Under the pieces are notes generated by a model. That model searched no databases and had not been told where the DNA came from. It worked only from the letters and a program-made list of their open reading frames with translations. A stretch of DNA of 64,000 bases from Thecamonas trahens ATCC 50062 (lineage: Eukaryota; Protista; Apusomonadida), in the NCBI RefSeq assembly GCF_000142905.1, contig NW_013657664.1, positions 124,001-188,000 of the forward strand, read 5' to 3'. Positions 53,311 through 63,855 of the stretch are shown piece after piece. Numbering within the stretch: the first letter of the stretch is position 1; each line of letters begins with the position of its first letter. The translations under genes were made by a program, and so were the position numbers.

Positions 53311-55211
53311 ATGTCGTCCTCCTCGTCCTTGGACTGGTCGGCCTCATCCGCAGATACACCCTCGGCCCCACCTCCACCCTCTGCCTCCCCACCCCCACAA
53401 TCTTCCACTGCCACCGCAACCATCCGCAGGAAGCCGCGCCGCAGAAAGCGGACAGTCGGCCTGACGCTAGAGGTGCCAGCTGTCCCGGCGCCGTCGACAG
53501 TGCTTCAGGTGACGCCTGCGCCAGCGGCTGCGCCGACACCGATGGCGGACAAGACTCCGGCGTGGCTGGTGCGCGGAGGGCGCGGCGAGCACCATCCGCA
53601 CCCGGCGGCGGCGCTGTATGTGCGGATGGTGGCGCAGGGCCGGTACGCGGCAGTTGACACTGCTCTGGCCCAGTCAGTCGTCCGGGTTCTCGGCGAGTAC
53701 GAGGCCGCCAAGGGCGGTGCGAGATGGATCCCGCCGGCCTCGCTCCGGCTCTGCTGGGTCCATGCTCTCAACGCCCTCGCGCGCGCGCTGTGGTCTGCCC
53801 AGGCTGCACACCGCCAGCAGGCGCTCAGCCGGTTAACTCGGCTGGCAGGCGTGGCCGGCTCGCTCGCCCATCGTTCGACACGCAAGTGGGCGGCGTATCT
53901 GGAGGCCACCACCTCGAGTTGTTCTGCTGCGGATGCGGTCGGCGACGCGACGGCGGTGGCGGCACTAACGAGGCTGGCGCTGTGTGCGGTCATGGCCATG
54001 AACGGCGGAAGCTCGCTCAAGGTTGCTTATCACGTCCGGAAAGCGTCCAAGCTTCTGTCGTCGTCGCGGCTGGCGGACGTCGAGCCAGAGTTGTCGGCAC
54101 CGGTGGCAGCGTCGGTGGCGACTGCCCGCGGCGGCGCGGGCATCCTGCTCGCCCGGCCTCACTGCCGTCGATGGCATCCAAGATGAGTGGCGTGTCGATA
54201 ACAGTGAGTGAGGGCTGGGAGCTTCTGCGCGAGGCTGTGGTGTCGTCGTCGATCGACGCTCCGCTGGCCACTCTGCTCCTGGCATGCTCGCTGGTCAGCT
54301 ACCCGCGCGGACGCTCTGGAGATAGCAAGCAGGCGCGCTTGGCTGAAGCTGAAGCGATGCTAGCTGAGCTAGCGCGAGCTTCGTCACGTCCGCTGCCGAT
54401 GGTGCAACTGATCTTTGGCAAGGCGGCGCGAGCCCGTGGTGAGCCTGAAGTCGCCGCCTCCGCGCTGGATGCGGTTGTCGGCTCGGGCATGGATGCACGG
54501 CGCTCGACGCTGGTCGGTCTCCTGGCGTATGAGGCTGGGATGACCGCGCTCTGCCTTGGTGACTTTGAACATGCTATTGCCGCTCTGGGCACTGCAGCCG
54601 AGGTCGACGATGCTACTCTGCGTGGCCGGGCCGGGCTGGCGGTTGCTGGTGCCCACGTCCTGGCTGGGCGACATGACGTCGGCGCGCAGCTGCTTGCGCA
54701 GCAGGCGGAGCGCGAGTCACGGGCGACCCCCGAGTCGCGGCTTGCTTCGCGGCTGTTAGCAGCACAGGCGCTTGGTCTTGTGGCGTTTACCGTCTTTTAC
54801 CTCGATCGCGAGCTGCACCATTTTAGCGCCGAGCGCGCTGCAGCGTGGCTCAAGGTACTTGACGAGCGACTTGCAGGAGAATCGTCTCTGTGGGCCCGCA
54901 TGCTTGAGCCTAGTCTTGCGCATGAAGCCCGGCACGTGGAGCACCTCATCCGCGGCGTGCTCCTTGCACTAACTGGCGCGCGAGAGCAAGCATCTGCCTC
55001 GCTCTTGTGTGCGGCTGGGCTTCCGGCGCCGCCGACGCCGGAGATCTGCGGCGAGACGTGGGTCACACCGCACGCCCTCTTCGAGCTTGCAGTCTTGCAC
55101 GCCGACGACGATGGGAGCACGCGCGCGGCCGAACTGAAAGCGAGCGCGGCCAAGGTGTGCGGCTACGATTGGGAGCCTCAACTGCGGCTGCGGCTGAGTA
55201 CACTAAGCTAG
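53311..55211 (+). CDS. TTC39/IML2-like TPR protein; apparent 1-nt deletion at 54152-54154
   Basis: GGAGILL..SLPS...EGWELLRE..APLATLLL and WVTPHALFELAVL...GYDWEPQLRLRL resemble TTC39 blocks. Confidence 0.6.
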
Positions 55212-58200
55212 GGTGCCACAGCGTCTGGTCTGAGAACGTGGACCGCGTACGAGACGGACTTTGAAGCAAACCACGAGTACTCGTTGTCGAGGACCAGGTC
55301 GTACCGGCCAGCCTTGGGTGCCACGAACCAGCGACGGTACGGTGAATCTGCCGCAAAGAGAATGACCTGGTGGTGGAAGGCGACCGGCTCGCTGTTGCGC
55401 TTACGATACTCGACGGCAAGGCCGACGTCGAGGTGGTGGACTTTGGCGGCAAACGAGATGACGGTGCCCGGAGTTGGGGCGTTGATGCGAATGCGCTGGA
55501 CCGAGCCGGCCTCGACCGACACGCTGCCGCGTGCCGCCGGCTCGGCGAGCATGCTGACTGTTGGAAGCGCGAGCGTCGGCAGGAGCGGCGGTGGCGACTC
55601 GGGCTCGTCGAGCGCGTCGAGTACCTGCTGCGCCGACGAGCGGATGAGCGGCGTCGCACCGTTGAGGGCGAGGACTTGGAGCCTCAGCCCGACCTGGAGC
55701 GTCTCGAACACCTCGCCGAGCAGAGTGTAGCCAGGCTCACGGAGCGGGAGCGTGGTGAGAAGGCCAAGGCCGATGGCCTGAAGCGCCGTCCGCCGCGAAC
55801 AAATGCAGGCAGCCACCACAAACTCAAACGACTCGAGCTTGGTGAGCTTGGCGAGGACATGCGGAATGTGGGCATAGATGAGGGCACAGACTGAGGCGGC
55901 GGCGATCGAGCGAACACCACCATTGGGCGCCTTGCACAGCGAGGTCATGACCGCTAGAGAGAGGTCCAGCAGCTCCTCCAGCGTCCCACCACCGTTGGTG
56001 AGGACAAGCGCGAGTCCCTTGAGAGCCGCACGGACGCGCTCAAGCTCAATGCCAGAGACCAGCTCAGCTGACTTGTCTTCTTCGAGCAGCTCGAGAAAGT
56101 AGTTGCCGAGGGCAATGACTCGGTTGACCTCTGGCTGCGCACGCGGAAGCGCCTCAAAGAACCCGCCGGCCCGCGCCGAGTCAAAGGCTGGCTCGTCCGG
56201 CACCCGGGCCTCGGTGCCGGACCACGCGTTGATGCAGTTGATCTTGGACCGGCGAACCTTGAACCCGGCCCGAGAGACAGAGCCGGCGATGCGGACGAGA
56301 TCCTCGATGGCGGCAAGCCGCGCCTCGGGCGACTCTGCGCGGCGGGCGACACGCATCTTGAGGCGGAACTCGACAGCTAGGCCGCCGGTGCTCTCGACGT
56401 GGGGCGAGGCGAGCTTGGGCAAGCTTTCCGCCGCATCACCATACGCCGAGCCGCCTTGATCCGACGGGGTGCTCGCGACGACCGGCGCTGGAACGAGCTC
56501 AAAGGCTTCGACGGCGTCGTCGCTTGTGGGCCAGCGGAGCGCGGTGAGGCGCGAGGCGAGGCGCGAAGCTGCCAGCCGCTCGCGGACCGCACCCGACACA
56601 AAGATCGGGGCGCTGTCAGGTCTCGCACCCGACGGTCCCTCTGCGGGCGGAGGCGGAGGCGGAGGTGCGAGCTCAGCTAGCCGCGACGCAAGCGAGACTG
56701 GCTCGCCCCAGTGGATGTCAGTGTTGGGCGCGAGGAGGAGCTCGCCGGTGTGAAGGCCAAGGCCGAGGAGGGGGACCCGCGAGTCGGCAAGAGCTTTGCG
56801 GTTGTAGAACGTAAACTCGTCATGGAGCGCGAGGGCGGCGTCGAGCGCTGCCGCCACGTCATTGAAGACAAAGAGCGTCTCCTCGAGCACGGTCCCGCCG
56901 CCCTGGCTCACCACCTTGGATGCGAGCTGGAGCGCGGCTTGCTTGAGGCCGATAGTGTGGATGACACCGTAAGACTTGGTGGTCGACGACCAGTCAACGC
57001 CGTACATGAGCACCGTCCGTGTCTGCATGTAGCGCTCGCGGAGCTCGGCCTCGACAGCAGCGCGGGCTGATCGCGACGGAAGGCTGAGACGAGCGAGGGC
57101 GTCTCGCTCAAAGTCGAGCTCGCCTGCAGGCGGAGCGGACACTACAAGCTGGCCTGGATAGACGTAGGCAAGATCCGGGCGAGGCGAGCCCGAGACGGAG
57201 AGAACCTCTGCACCACGCGACGAGATGTCCAGCGTGGTAAAGGCCGAGGCGTCATGGTCGAGGTAAGCAGCCACAGTGGCGTCCACCAGAACCTCGCCCT
57301 TGGCAGCCAGGTCTGCGGCGAGGACAAAGGCCGAGTCAACTGGCGGGCCAAAGTACTTACCGGTGAGCAGGTCTTGGACGACGGCGCCACCGTGAGCGAC
57401 GCCAACGCCCGACATGCGGATCTTGTCGTCGTCGCAAGCAAGCGAGCGGTTGTAGGCGTCGACCACGGGCTTGACTTGCAGCGCAGCGGCGACGGCCGAC
57501 GCAGGCTCGGCGAAGAGGATGTACAGCTTGTCGGCCTCGGCTTCAACGCACAGGGCACCGTGGGCAGCCATGAGCTCCCCCATCAGGACCCGCATTCGCA
57601 TCACCAGTGATGCGTAGTGCACAATGCCATGCTTGCGGGTGATGCGGGAGAAGCCGGCCATGTGGGTGACCACTACCGAGACCGGCGACGAGAACGCGGC
57701 GATCGACGAGTTGTGCGGATGTGGGCGAAGGACCGGCGGATCGCTTGGTGCGAGGGAGGACTCGGTGGTCGCGTCATGGACGCGGAGAACATCGATCGGC
57801 GGTGCGAGCGAGGCGACAGGCACCTCACGGGCGCAGGCAGCCGAGGCAACGCTGGTGGCGGCCAGCGTGAGCGATGCAAGGCTGGCCGGGTTCTCACGCT
57901 CAATGGCAGTGAGGGAAGCAGCCTCGACAACAAGAGTGGCGGCGCTAGGCGCAGCGCCTGCCAGCTCACGCGCGAGCTCGAGAGCCGAGCCCCAGACCAC
58001 ATCAGTCTCTGGCCCGACGAGAACCCGACCAGAGGCCAGACCGAGGCCGCGGAGCGGGACAGGCGCATTATCATGGGCAGCGAGAACATGGCCGCCAAGC
58101 GCCGACTGGAGGGTGCGGCCAGCAGCAAAGGCCGCGGGTGCGGTGGGGAAGAGCGCTAGGCTTGCCGAGACGGCAAAGCCACCTGCGGCAGCCACAGTAT

Positions 58201-60556
58201 TCTTGACTAGGACAAAGACCTCTTGTTGGGAGGCGAGGAGGGCCGAGGGCTTGATGGCAGCCACCAAGCTTGCCCAGTCGACGTGAATGGCAAGGGCGAC
58301 GAGCGGGGTGATGAAACGCGATCCGGCGGCAGTAAGCTCGTCGTCAGAGCCCGTTGTGTAGGCCTGCAGCAACGCGGTGACAAAGTCCTCTGCAGCTTGA
58401 GGGATGGGAATACCAAAGTGAGTGATGGACTCGTAGCGAGCGGGGTCGTAGCGGAAGCGCGGACCCTTTAGCTTGCCTCCGACAACAAAAGCAGGATGAG
58501 CGGCTTCAGGAGTGGAGGTTGCAGGATCGAAACTGAGCGACACGAGGGCCGACGAAGTTGCGACCTGGCGGTAGAGCGGGTCAGCGATGAGGACCTTGCC
58601 ACCATTCGCAGGCGAGTTGGCCAGAGCAAGTGCTGCTGTGACCGGCCCGCCCACAAACTTGTCAGTCTGGAGATCCTGGAGAAGGTTTGGGCCCCAGGCA
58701 GCACCAACTCCAGCGAGGGCAGCAGCCCACGACGGGTTTGGCGAGCTGGCATTGATCTTGGCAATCAAGCGCGGGATGAGGCTTGCTGCGGCGACGGCGG
58801 CATCGCCCGAGTCAAAGACGGCGAACGCAGAGTTGCTGTCAAACTCGACAAGGAGCGCACCGTGGAACTGAAAGAGAGCAAGAAGGGCCTGACGGACCTT
58901 GAGCAGACTCGCGGCCCACGCAAGCGGGCCGACGGCGGTTGGCCGCGGAGCGTCCAGGACCGAGACAACACAGGCGACTGGGGCTTGGAAGTGGCGAATG
59001 GCCGGTGAATCAGAGACGGTGCCTTCAGCCGAGGCGACAACGTCGCAGGCAGGCATGCTGTCTGTTGACGCGGCGGCAGCGGTGGGGAGTGCGAGATGTG
59101 GAGTGGCAGGCGATGGATTTCGAGAGCTCGAGGGCGGAGAGCCAGGCGGAGAGCCAGGCGGCGGGGGCTTGGTCGGTTGAACAACGACTGCACCGTCGGA
59201 GCGCGGAGAAAGGGCGAGGGTGGCGAGAAGGGCGGTGGCATCGTGGTCCTTCGAGGCGGTGAGCGCGGCATAGAGGGAGTTAGCGATGACGAGCTCGCCT
59301 GGCGCGGCGCCAGGTGCCACAGCGAGGGAGCGGGCGGCAAAAACCGGCTCACCCCAGTGGACGTCAGTGTCCGGAGCGAGGAGGAGCTTGCCCGAGGCTG
59401 CGCCAAAGGCCAGAACGGGGATGGGTGAGTCACCGATAGTGTTGTGAAGGGCGATGGCGGAGCGGATCTCTAGTGCTGCCGAGAGAGCATTGACCGGCGA
59501 CTCGAAGCACATGAGCGCCGGGTCGAGCATGGCGCCCTGGTACGACTCAACAATGGGACGGATTAGGCCTGCTGTGGCTTGTTGGGCAGCGAGCGAGGCC
59601 ACGACACCGGTGGTCTCGGTGAGCGGGACCCAATTGTAGCCCACGGCGACGACTGCAGTCTCGCGAATGTACTTTGCCGAAAGCCGCTTGTCAACAGCAG
59701 CAAGCTTGGCGCGCGACGCCGAGAACCGCTTGAGCAGAGCAGAGACAAAGGGCGAGCTGGGCGGCGGAAGACTCGCGAGAGCGGCGGGCTCAAAGCCCGG
59801 CGGATGGTAGGCGTCGAGCGCCACAGTGGTGATGCTGTTGTTGCTGGGGTAGAGGACGAGACCGTCCGGCAGGGGGTGGTCGGCGAGCGAAGCCATTGCG
59901 GCTGGTGTGAGGACAAGCGGAGCGGAATCTGAGGCGGCTTGAAGGACGGCCTTGGCTTCGTCCACAAGTGGGCCGTGGAGCGAACCGGTGGTGGCATCCT
60001 GGGCAAGGGACTCGCCGTCGCCGGCAGTGACGGCTACGCCTGCGAGGCGCAGGTGCCATTCCGGCGACGGGGCTTGGCCCTCGTTGAAGGCCGCCAGTAC
60101 GCATGGGACGGCAGCGGCAGCAGCCAGCGCATCAAGCGGCGAAGTGAAGACGGCGTAGGTGGTTGGGCCATCGTGTTCAATGCAGACCGAGTGGCCCGAG
60201 GCAAGGATGGTGGCCACCAGCTGGCGTGCCTTGAGCACAAGCGCAGCGTAGTGGACGAGGGTGGTAGAAGGCGGGGTCTGTGGCGTGGTCTGGACGATGA
60301 CCACCGCCACAGGTGCGGCGAATGTAGTTGCTGACGGCTGCGAGGGTGACGGGGAAAGGGGTGAGGGTGAGGACGGACGGTGAGTGTGGAGAGAGCGCGA
60401 GGGAGGAGGAGGAAGGCAGGATCGAAAGGCGCTCGTCCCCCACGTCACCACGTACAGGACCGACGAGGGGTGCCGCCGAGGCTGGGGCGTCGAGCTGGGG
60501 AGGAGTTTGCGGATTCTGCGGCGGGGTGAAAGCAGCTGTGACTGCTCGTTGCCCAT
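55208..60556 (-). CDS. large protein: MGNEQS myristoylation-type start, six class III nucleotide-cyclase-fold domains (A-B)x3, helical region, C-terminal GOLD domain; probable intron 60455-60338
   Basis: Best-preserved unit THMAGFSRITRKHGIVHY...EAEADKLY...GVGVAHG..YFGPPVD; partner LGLHTGELL..DIHWGEPVSLASRL; GOLD motif LDVGLAV...APKAGRYDLVLDNEYSWFASKSVSY. Confidence 0.8.
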   Translation of the reverse strand: MGNEQSQLLSPRRRIRKLLPSSTPQPRRHPSSVLYVVTWGTSAFRSCLPPPPSRSLHTHRPSSPSPLSPSPSQPSATTFAAPVAVVIVQTTPQTPPSTTLVHYAALVLKARQLVATILASGHSVCIEHDGPTTYAVFTSPLDALAAAAAVPCVLAAFNEGQAPSPEWHLRLAGVAVTAGDGESLAQDATTGSLHGPLVDEAKAVLQAASDSAPLVLTPAAMASLADHPLPDGLVLYPSNNSITTVALDAYHPPGFEPAALASLPPPSSPFVSALLKRFSASRAKLAAVDKRLSAKYIRETAVVAVGYNWVPLTETTGVVASLAAQQATAGLIRPIVESYQGAMLDPALMCFESPVNALSAALEIRSAIALHNTIGDSPIPVLAFGAASGKLLLAPDTDVHWGEPVFAARSLAVAPGAAPGELVIANSLYAALTASKDHDATALLATLALSPRSDGAVVVQPTKPPPPGSPPGSPPSSSRNPSPATPHLALPTAAAASTDSMPACDVVASAEGTVSDSPAIRHFQAPVACVVSVLDAPRPTAVGPLAWAASLLKVRQALLALFQFHGALLVEFDSNSAFAVFDSGDAAVAAASLIPRLIAKINASSPNPSWAAALAGVGAAWGPNLLQDLQTDKFVGGPVTAALALANSPANGGKVLIADPLYRQVATSSALVSLSFDPATSTPEAAHPAFVVGGKLKGPRFRYDPARYESITHFGIPIPQAAEDFVTALLQAYTTGSDDELTAAGSRFITPLVALAIHVDWASLVAAIKPSALLASQQEVFVLVKNTVAAAGGFAVSASLALFPTAPAAFAAGRTLQSALGGHVLAAHDNAPVPLRGLGLASGRVLVGPETDVVWGSALELARELAGAAPSAATLVVEAASLTAIERENPASLASLTLAATSVASAACAREVPVASLAPPIDVLRVHDATTESSLAPSDPPVLRPHPHNSSIAAFSSPVSVVVTHMAGFSRITRKHGIVHYASLVMRMRVLMGELMAAHGALCVEAEADKLYILFAEPASAVAAALQVKPVVDAYNRSLACDDDKIRMSGVGVAHGGAVVQDLLTGKYFGPPVDSAFVLAADLAAKGEVLVDATVAAYLDHDASAFTTLDISSRGAEVLSVSGSPRPDLAYVYPGQLVVSAPPAGELDFERDALARLSLPSRSARAAVEAELRERYMQTRTVLMYGVDWSSTTKSYGVIHTIGLKQAALQLASKVVSQGGGTVLEETLFVFNDVAAALDAALALHDEFTFYNRKALADSRVPLLGLGLHTGELLLAPNTDIHWGEPVSLASRLAELAPPPPPPPAEGPSGARPDSAPIFVSGAVRERLAASRLASRLTALRWPTSDDAVEAFELVPAPVVASTPSDQGGSAYGDAAESLPKLASPHVESTGGLAVEFRLKMRVARRAESPEARLAAIEDLVRIAGSVSRAGFKVRRSKINCINAWSGTEARVPDEPAFDSARAGGFFEALPRAQPEVNRVIALGNYFLELLEEDKSAELVSGIELERVRAALKGLALVLTNGGGTLEELLDLSLAVMTSLCKAPNGGVRSIAAASVCALIYAHIPHVLAKLTKLESFEFVVAACICSRRTALQAIGLGLLTTLPLREPGYTLLGEVFETLQVGLRLQVLALNGATPLIRSSAQQVLDALDEPESPPPLLPTLALPTVSMLAEPAARGSVSVEAGSVQRIRINAPTPGTVISFAAKVHHLDVGLAVEYRKRNSEPVAFHHQVILFAADSPYRRWFVAPKAGRYDLVLDNEYSWFASKSVSYAVHVLRPDAVAP

Positions 60557-60759
60557 GGCCGGCGGGGTGCAGTGGGAGGGAGTGTGGGGAGTGTGCGGGG
60601 TGGGTGTGGGTGGGGTGGGGTAGGGTGGGGTGTGTGGGGGTGAGCGGCGGCCGGTGGGCTGTGGCCGGAAGTGGCGGGTTGATGCTGGTCGAACGACAGG
60701 CACCAGCACTTGTTGCGTCGAGTGCCGTGTCGTATTTGGGTACTCGAGTCACGTGCGCC

Positions 60760-62434
60760 ATGCAAGCGAGGACGACGATGGCAACGGTAATGGGAGTGGT
60801 GCTGGTGGCGCTGGTGGCGGTGGTGAGCGGGCAGAACTGCTCGCTCCCTGACAGCGACAAGGTCAACTGTGGGCATGTGGGGACGACGCAGGCCGAGTGT
60901 GGAGCACACGGCTGCTGCTGGGCGCCTGAGGGCAAGGTAGGTTGAAAAGCGGAGGGGGAGTGGGGGGGGGGGGGGGTGGGGGGGTGGGAAAGCTGTGCGA
61001 CTCACGAAGCGATGGGTGGGCGTTGTGACATGGTGGTATGTGGTGCTTGTGGGTGGCGGGAGCGGGAGATAGAACTCGGGGACGCCGTGGTGCTTTTATC
61101 CGGCGGGTGGGCCTGTGCCTGGTGGTGCGCCGTTTAACGCGACCGAGGTGGCGATGATGCGTGGGTTCATGCGGGCGAACCTGAATATTGATAACCTGGG
61201 TGGCGTTGTTGCCTCGCCGGATCGCAACACGCCAGGTGGAACGTACTACTGGAACTGGGAGCGCGACGCGGCGCTGTCGATGCGGATGTGGTACGAGCAC
61301 TCGGACGACTCGGCAAGCAACCTGGCGGCGATGATGGACTCGTACGTCCAGTGGGTGCTTCGGGCGCAGAACCAGGTTGATCCGAATGGAATTGATATCC
61401 GTGCGGAGCCCAAGTATCATCTGCCCAATGCCAACGTGTTTACCGGAGGATGGTGCCGGCCGCAGGATGACGGGCCGGCGCTGCGGTCAACGACGCTCAT
61501 TCTGTTTGCGACGGATCTGCTGGCGTCCAACTCGATGAGCTACGTGGCCAAGTACCTGTGGACCGGCTCTGAGAGCCATTATCACGGTGGGGCCATCAAG
61601 TATGATCTTGACTATGTGGCAGCCAACTGGGCGTCGGACACTTGCGATCTGTGGGAGGAGCTGCGGTCGAACGACTTTTTCTGGAACCGGTACAACTACT
61701 ACCGGGCGCTGGTGGATGGTGCGGCGTTTGCGACCAAGATGGGTGACTCTGAGTCTGCGGCGACGTACTCTGCGGCGGCGGGCAAGGTACTTGCGGCGCT
61801 CGGCGACCACTGGAACGGGCAGTTTATTCAGGAGTCGAGCAACCGGCAGAAGGGTGCGTCGGTCATCTGTGCTCTCAACGACGCGTACATGGGATCGTCG
61901 GTGGAAGCCAACTTTGCGCCGACCTCGTCGTGGGTGGCGGCAACGGTGAACGTGCTCTCGGCAACTTTCACCGACATGTTCAAGATCAATACCATCGACA
62001 CTCAGAACGGCATCCCGGGAGTTCTCTACGGGCGGTACGCTGGTGACACGTATGCAGGTGGCAACCCGTGGATTCTCACCACCGCCGCGCTTGCGCAGCT
62101 GCACTATCGGGCTGCAAGCGAGGTGGTCAACGTTGGCAAGCTGCCGCATGACGCGCTCCCGCACTATGCCGAGATGTTCGGCGAGAGCGCAGAGTCGCTG
62201 GGTAAGCTCTCCGTCGCCAACTTTGCGCTTCGGCTCGCATCGGCCGGCGACGGCGTTCTCGAGCGCATTCGCTATCATGTTGCTGGCGCTGGCTTCCACC
62301 TCTCGGAGCAGCTCGACCGCGACACCGGGTTCGAGATGTCGGCCACCGACCTCACCTGGTCTTACGCCAACGTGCTCAAGGCGGTTGCTGCTCGCGATGC
62401 CTTTGTCGTTGCTTACGAGCGCATGATGGCTTGA
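60760..62434 (+). CDS. secreted glucoamylase (GH15) with N-terminal trefoil (P-type) domain; exons 60760-60936, 61073-62434
   Basis: Signal peptide; C..KVNCG..TQAECGAHGCCW/..GTPWCFYP; GVVASP, YYWNWERDAAL, WCRPQDDG, DLWEE, GRYAGDTY, LSEQ and DLTWSYA. Confidence 0.92.
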
Positions 62435-62451
62435 GTCGTAAAACGCAAGAG

Positions 62452-63855
62452 CTATGTGGATGTTGCGCTCGATGAGGACACGAGCGCGAGATGCCGTGGT
62501 GTGGAGCGTGACTTGGAGCGAGACTTGGAGCGAGACTTGGAGCGAGACTTGGAGCGTGAGCAGCTTGACGTGGCCGAGTAGCCACCAGAGAGGCGCCTTG
62601 GCTTTGATTTGGACTTGGACTTGGACTTGGACTTGACCTTGCCCTTGTGGCGAGACTTGGCCTTGAACTTGGATTTGGACTTGGACTTGGCCTTCTTGGC
62701 CTTCTTGGCCTTCTTGACCTTTTTGGCTTGGTTTTGAGCCATGATTTTGGAGCGAATCTTCTCCAGCATAAGCAGACGCAGTTCTTCTTCACGCTCGGCA
62801 TCACCGGCCTCGACAGCAGCGAGGAGGTCCGATGCGCCCGACAAGGACGAATCGTCAATGAGATCGTTAAGACCCGAGAGTGAGGAGGCGTCGCTGGTAT
62901 GACTGATGTCAGCAGCAGCCTTGCTGCTCGAGTTTGAGCCCTTAAGGTGTGGCGTAGCCGGAAGAACCGGGCTTGGAAGCGACGGCAGGCTGTCTGGCAG
63001 GCTCTCGGCAGACGGCTGGGGAGCAAGAGCGGTGCCGGGGATGGAGAGCTCGCCTGCGCGGTATGCAGTGATGTAACGGACCAAGTACGGGCGGGTGAGG
63101 ATGTCATGGACCATGGGCCTGTTCTTGGGATCCTTCTGCAGAAGCAGATCGACGAGGTCAAGGAGGTCAGCGGAGTACCACTCGGGCAAAGGGCGATAGG
63201 TACCCTTGCGGATCTTGAGGACAAGTCCCTTGAAGTTTCGGGCCTCGAACGGCATGCGGAGAGTGCAGAGCTCGTACAAGATGCAGCCGAGGGCCCAGAC
63301 ATCCGACTTTGCGTTGTACGGCTGCTCGGCGCAAATTTCGGGCGAGAGGTAGTATGGCGTGCCGATGGCGGTCCGTGCAGACTCGAGCGTGCCCGCCAGC
63401 GGTTTGGCAACACCAAAGTCGCCCAACTTGATCTCTCCGGACAGGGTGATGAAAACATTCTGGGCCTTGAGGTCTCGGTGCAGAATCTTGTGCCCGTGCA
63501 CGTACTCCAGGGCGAGGGCGAGCGGGATAAACACTGCCATGACCTCGTCTTCGGAGAGCAGGATCGTGTTTCGCGACTTGAGCATGAGCGAGACGTCGCC
63601 GCCGCCGGCATGCTCCATCACAATGTTCATCTTGCCCTCGCTCTCGATGGCCTCCACAAACTGGATCACGTTTGGGTGGTCGAGCCTCGCCAGTGTTGCA
63701 GCCTCGGTCCGAGCTGCGGCCACGGCTTTGTCGTCAAAGTCGGCGAGATCGATGAGCTTGTGTACATACTGTGCCCCAGTCTCCACGTCCTCTACAAGGA
63801 ACACACTGCCGGACGAGCCCTTGCCGACCACGCCGAGCCTGTGGTAGCGCTCCAT
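62452..63855 (-). CDS. NIMA-related (NEK) Ser/Thr kinase with Lys/Ser-rich tail
   Basis: ILHRDLKAQNVF, IKLGDFGVAK, TAIGTPYYLSPEICAEQPYNAKSDVWALGC; tail of SK/SRSK repeats. Confidence 0.92.
   Translation of the reverse strand: MERYHRLGVVGKGSSGSVFLVEDVETGAQYVHKLIDLADFDDKAVAAARTEAATLARLDHPNVIQFVEAIESEGKMNIVMEHAGGGDVSLMLKSRNTILLSEDEVMAVFIPLALALEYVHGHKILHRDLKAQNVFITLSGEIKLGDFGVAKPLAGTLESARTAIGTPYYLSPEICAEQPYNAKSDVWALGCILYELCTLRMPFEARNFKGLVLKIRKGTYRPLPEWYSADLLDLVDLLLQKDPKNRPMVHDILTRPYLVRYITAYRAGELSIPGTALAPQPSAESLPDSLPSLPSPVLPATPHLKGSNSSSKAAADISHTSDASSLSGLNDLIDDSSLSGASDLLAAVEAGDAEREEELRLLMLEKIRSKIMAQNQAKKVKKAKKAKKAKSKSKSKFKAKSRHKGKVKSKSKSKSKSKPRRLSGGYSATSSCSRSKSRSKSRSKSRSKSRSTPRHLALVSSSSATST
62510..62715. 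repeat. coding microsatellite-like repeats (GAGACTTGGAGC)n, (GGACTT)n, (GGCCTTCTT)n in the NEK tail
   Basis: Seen directly. Confidence 0.8.
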
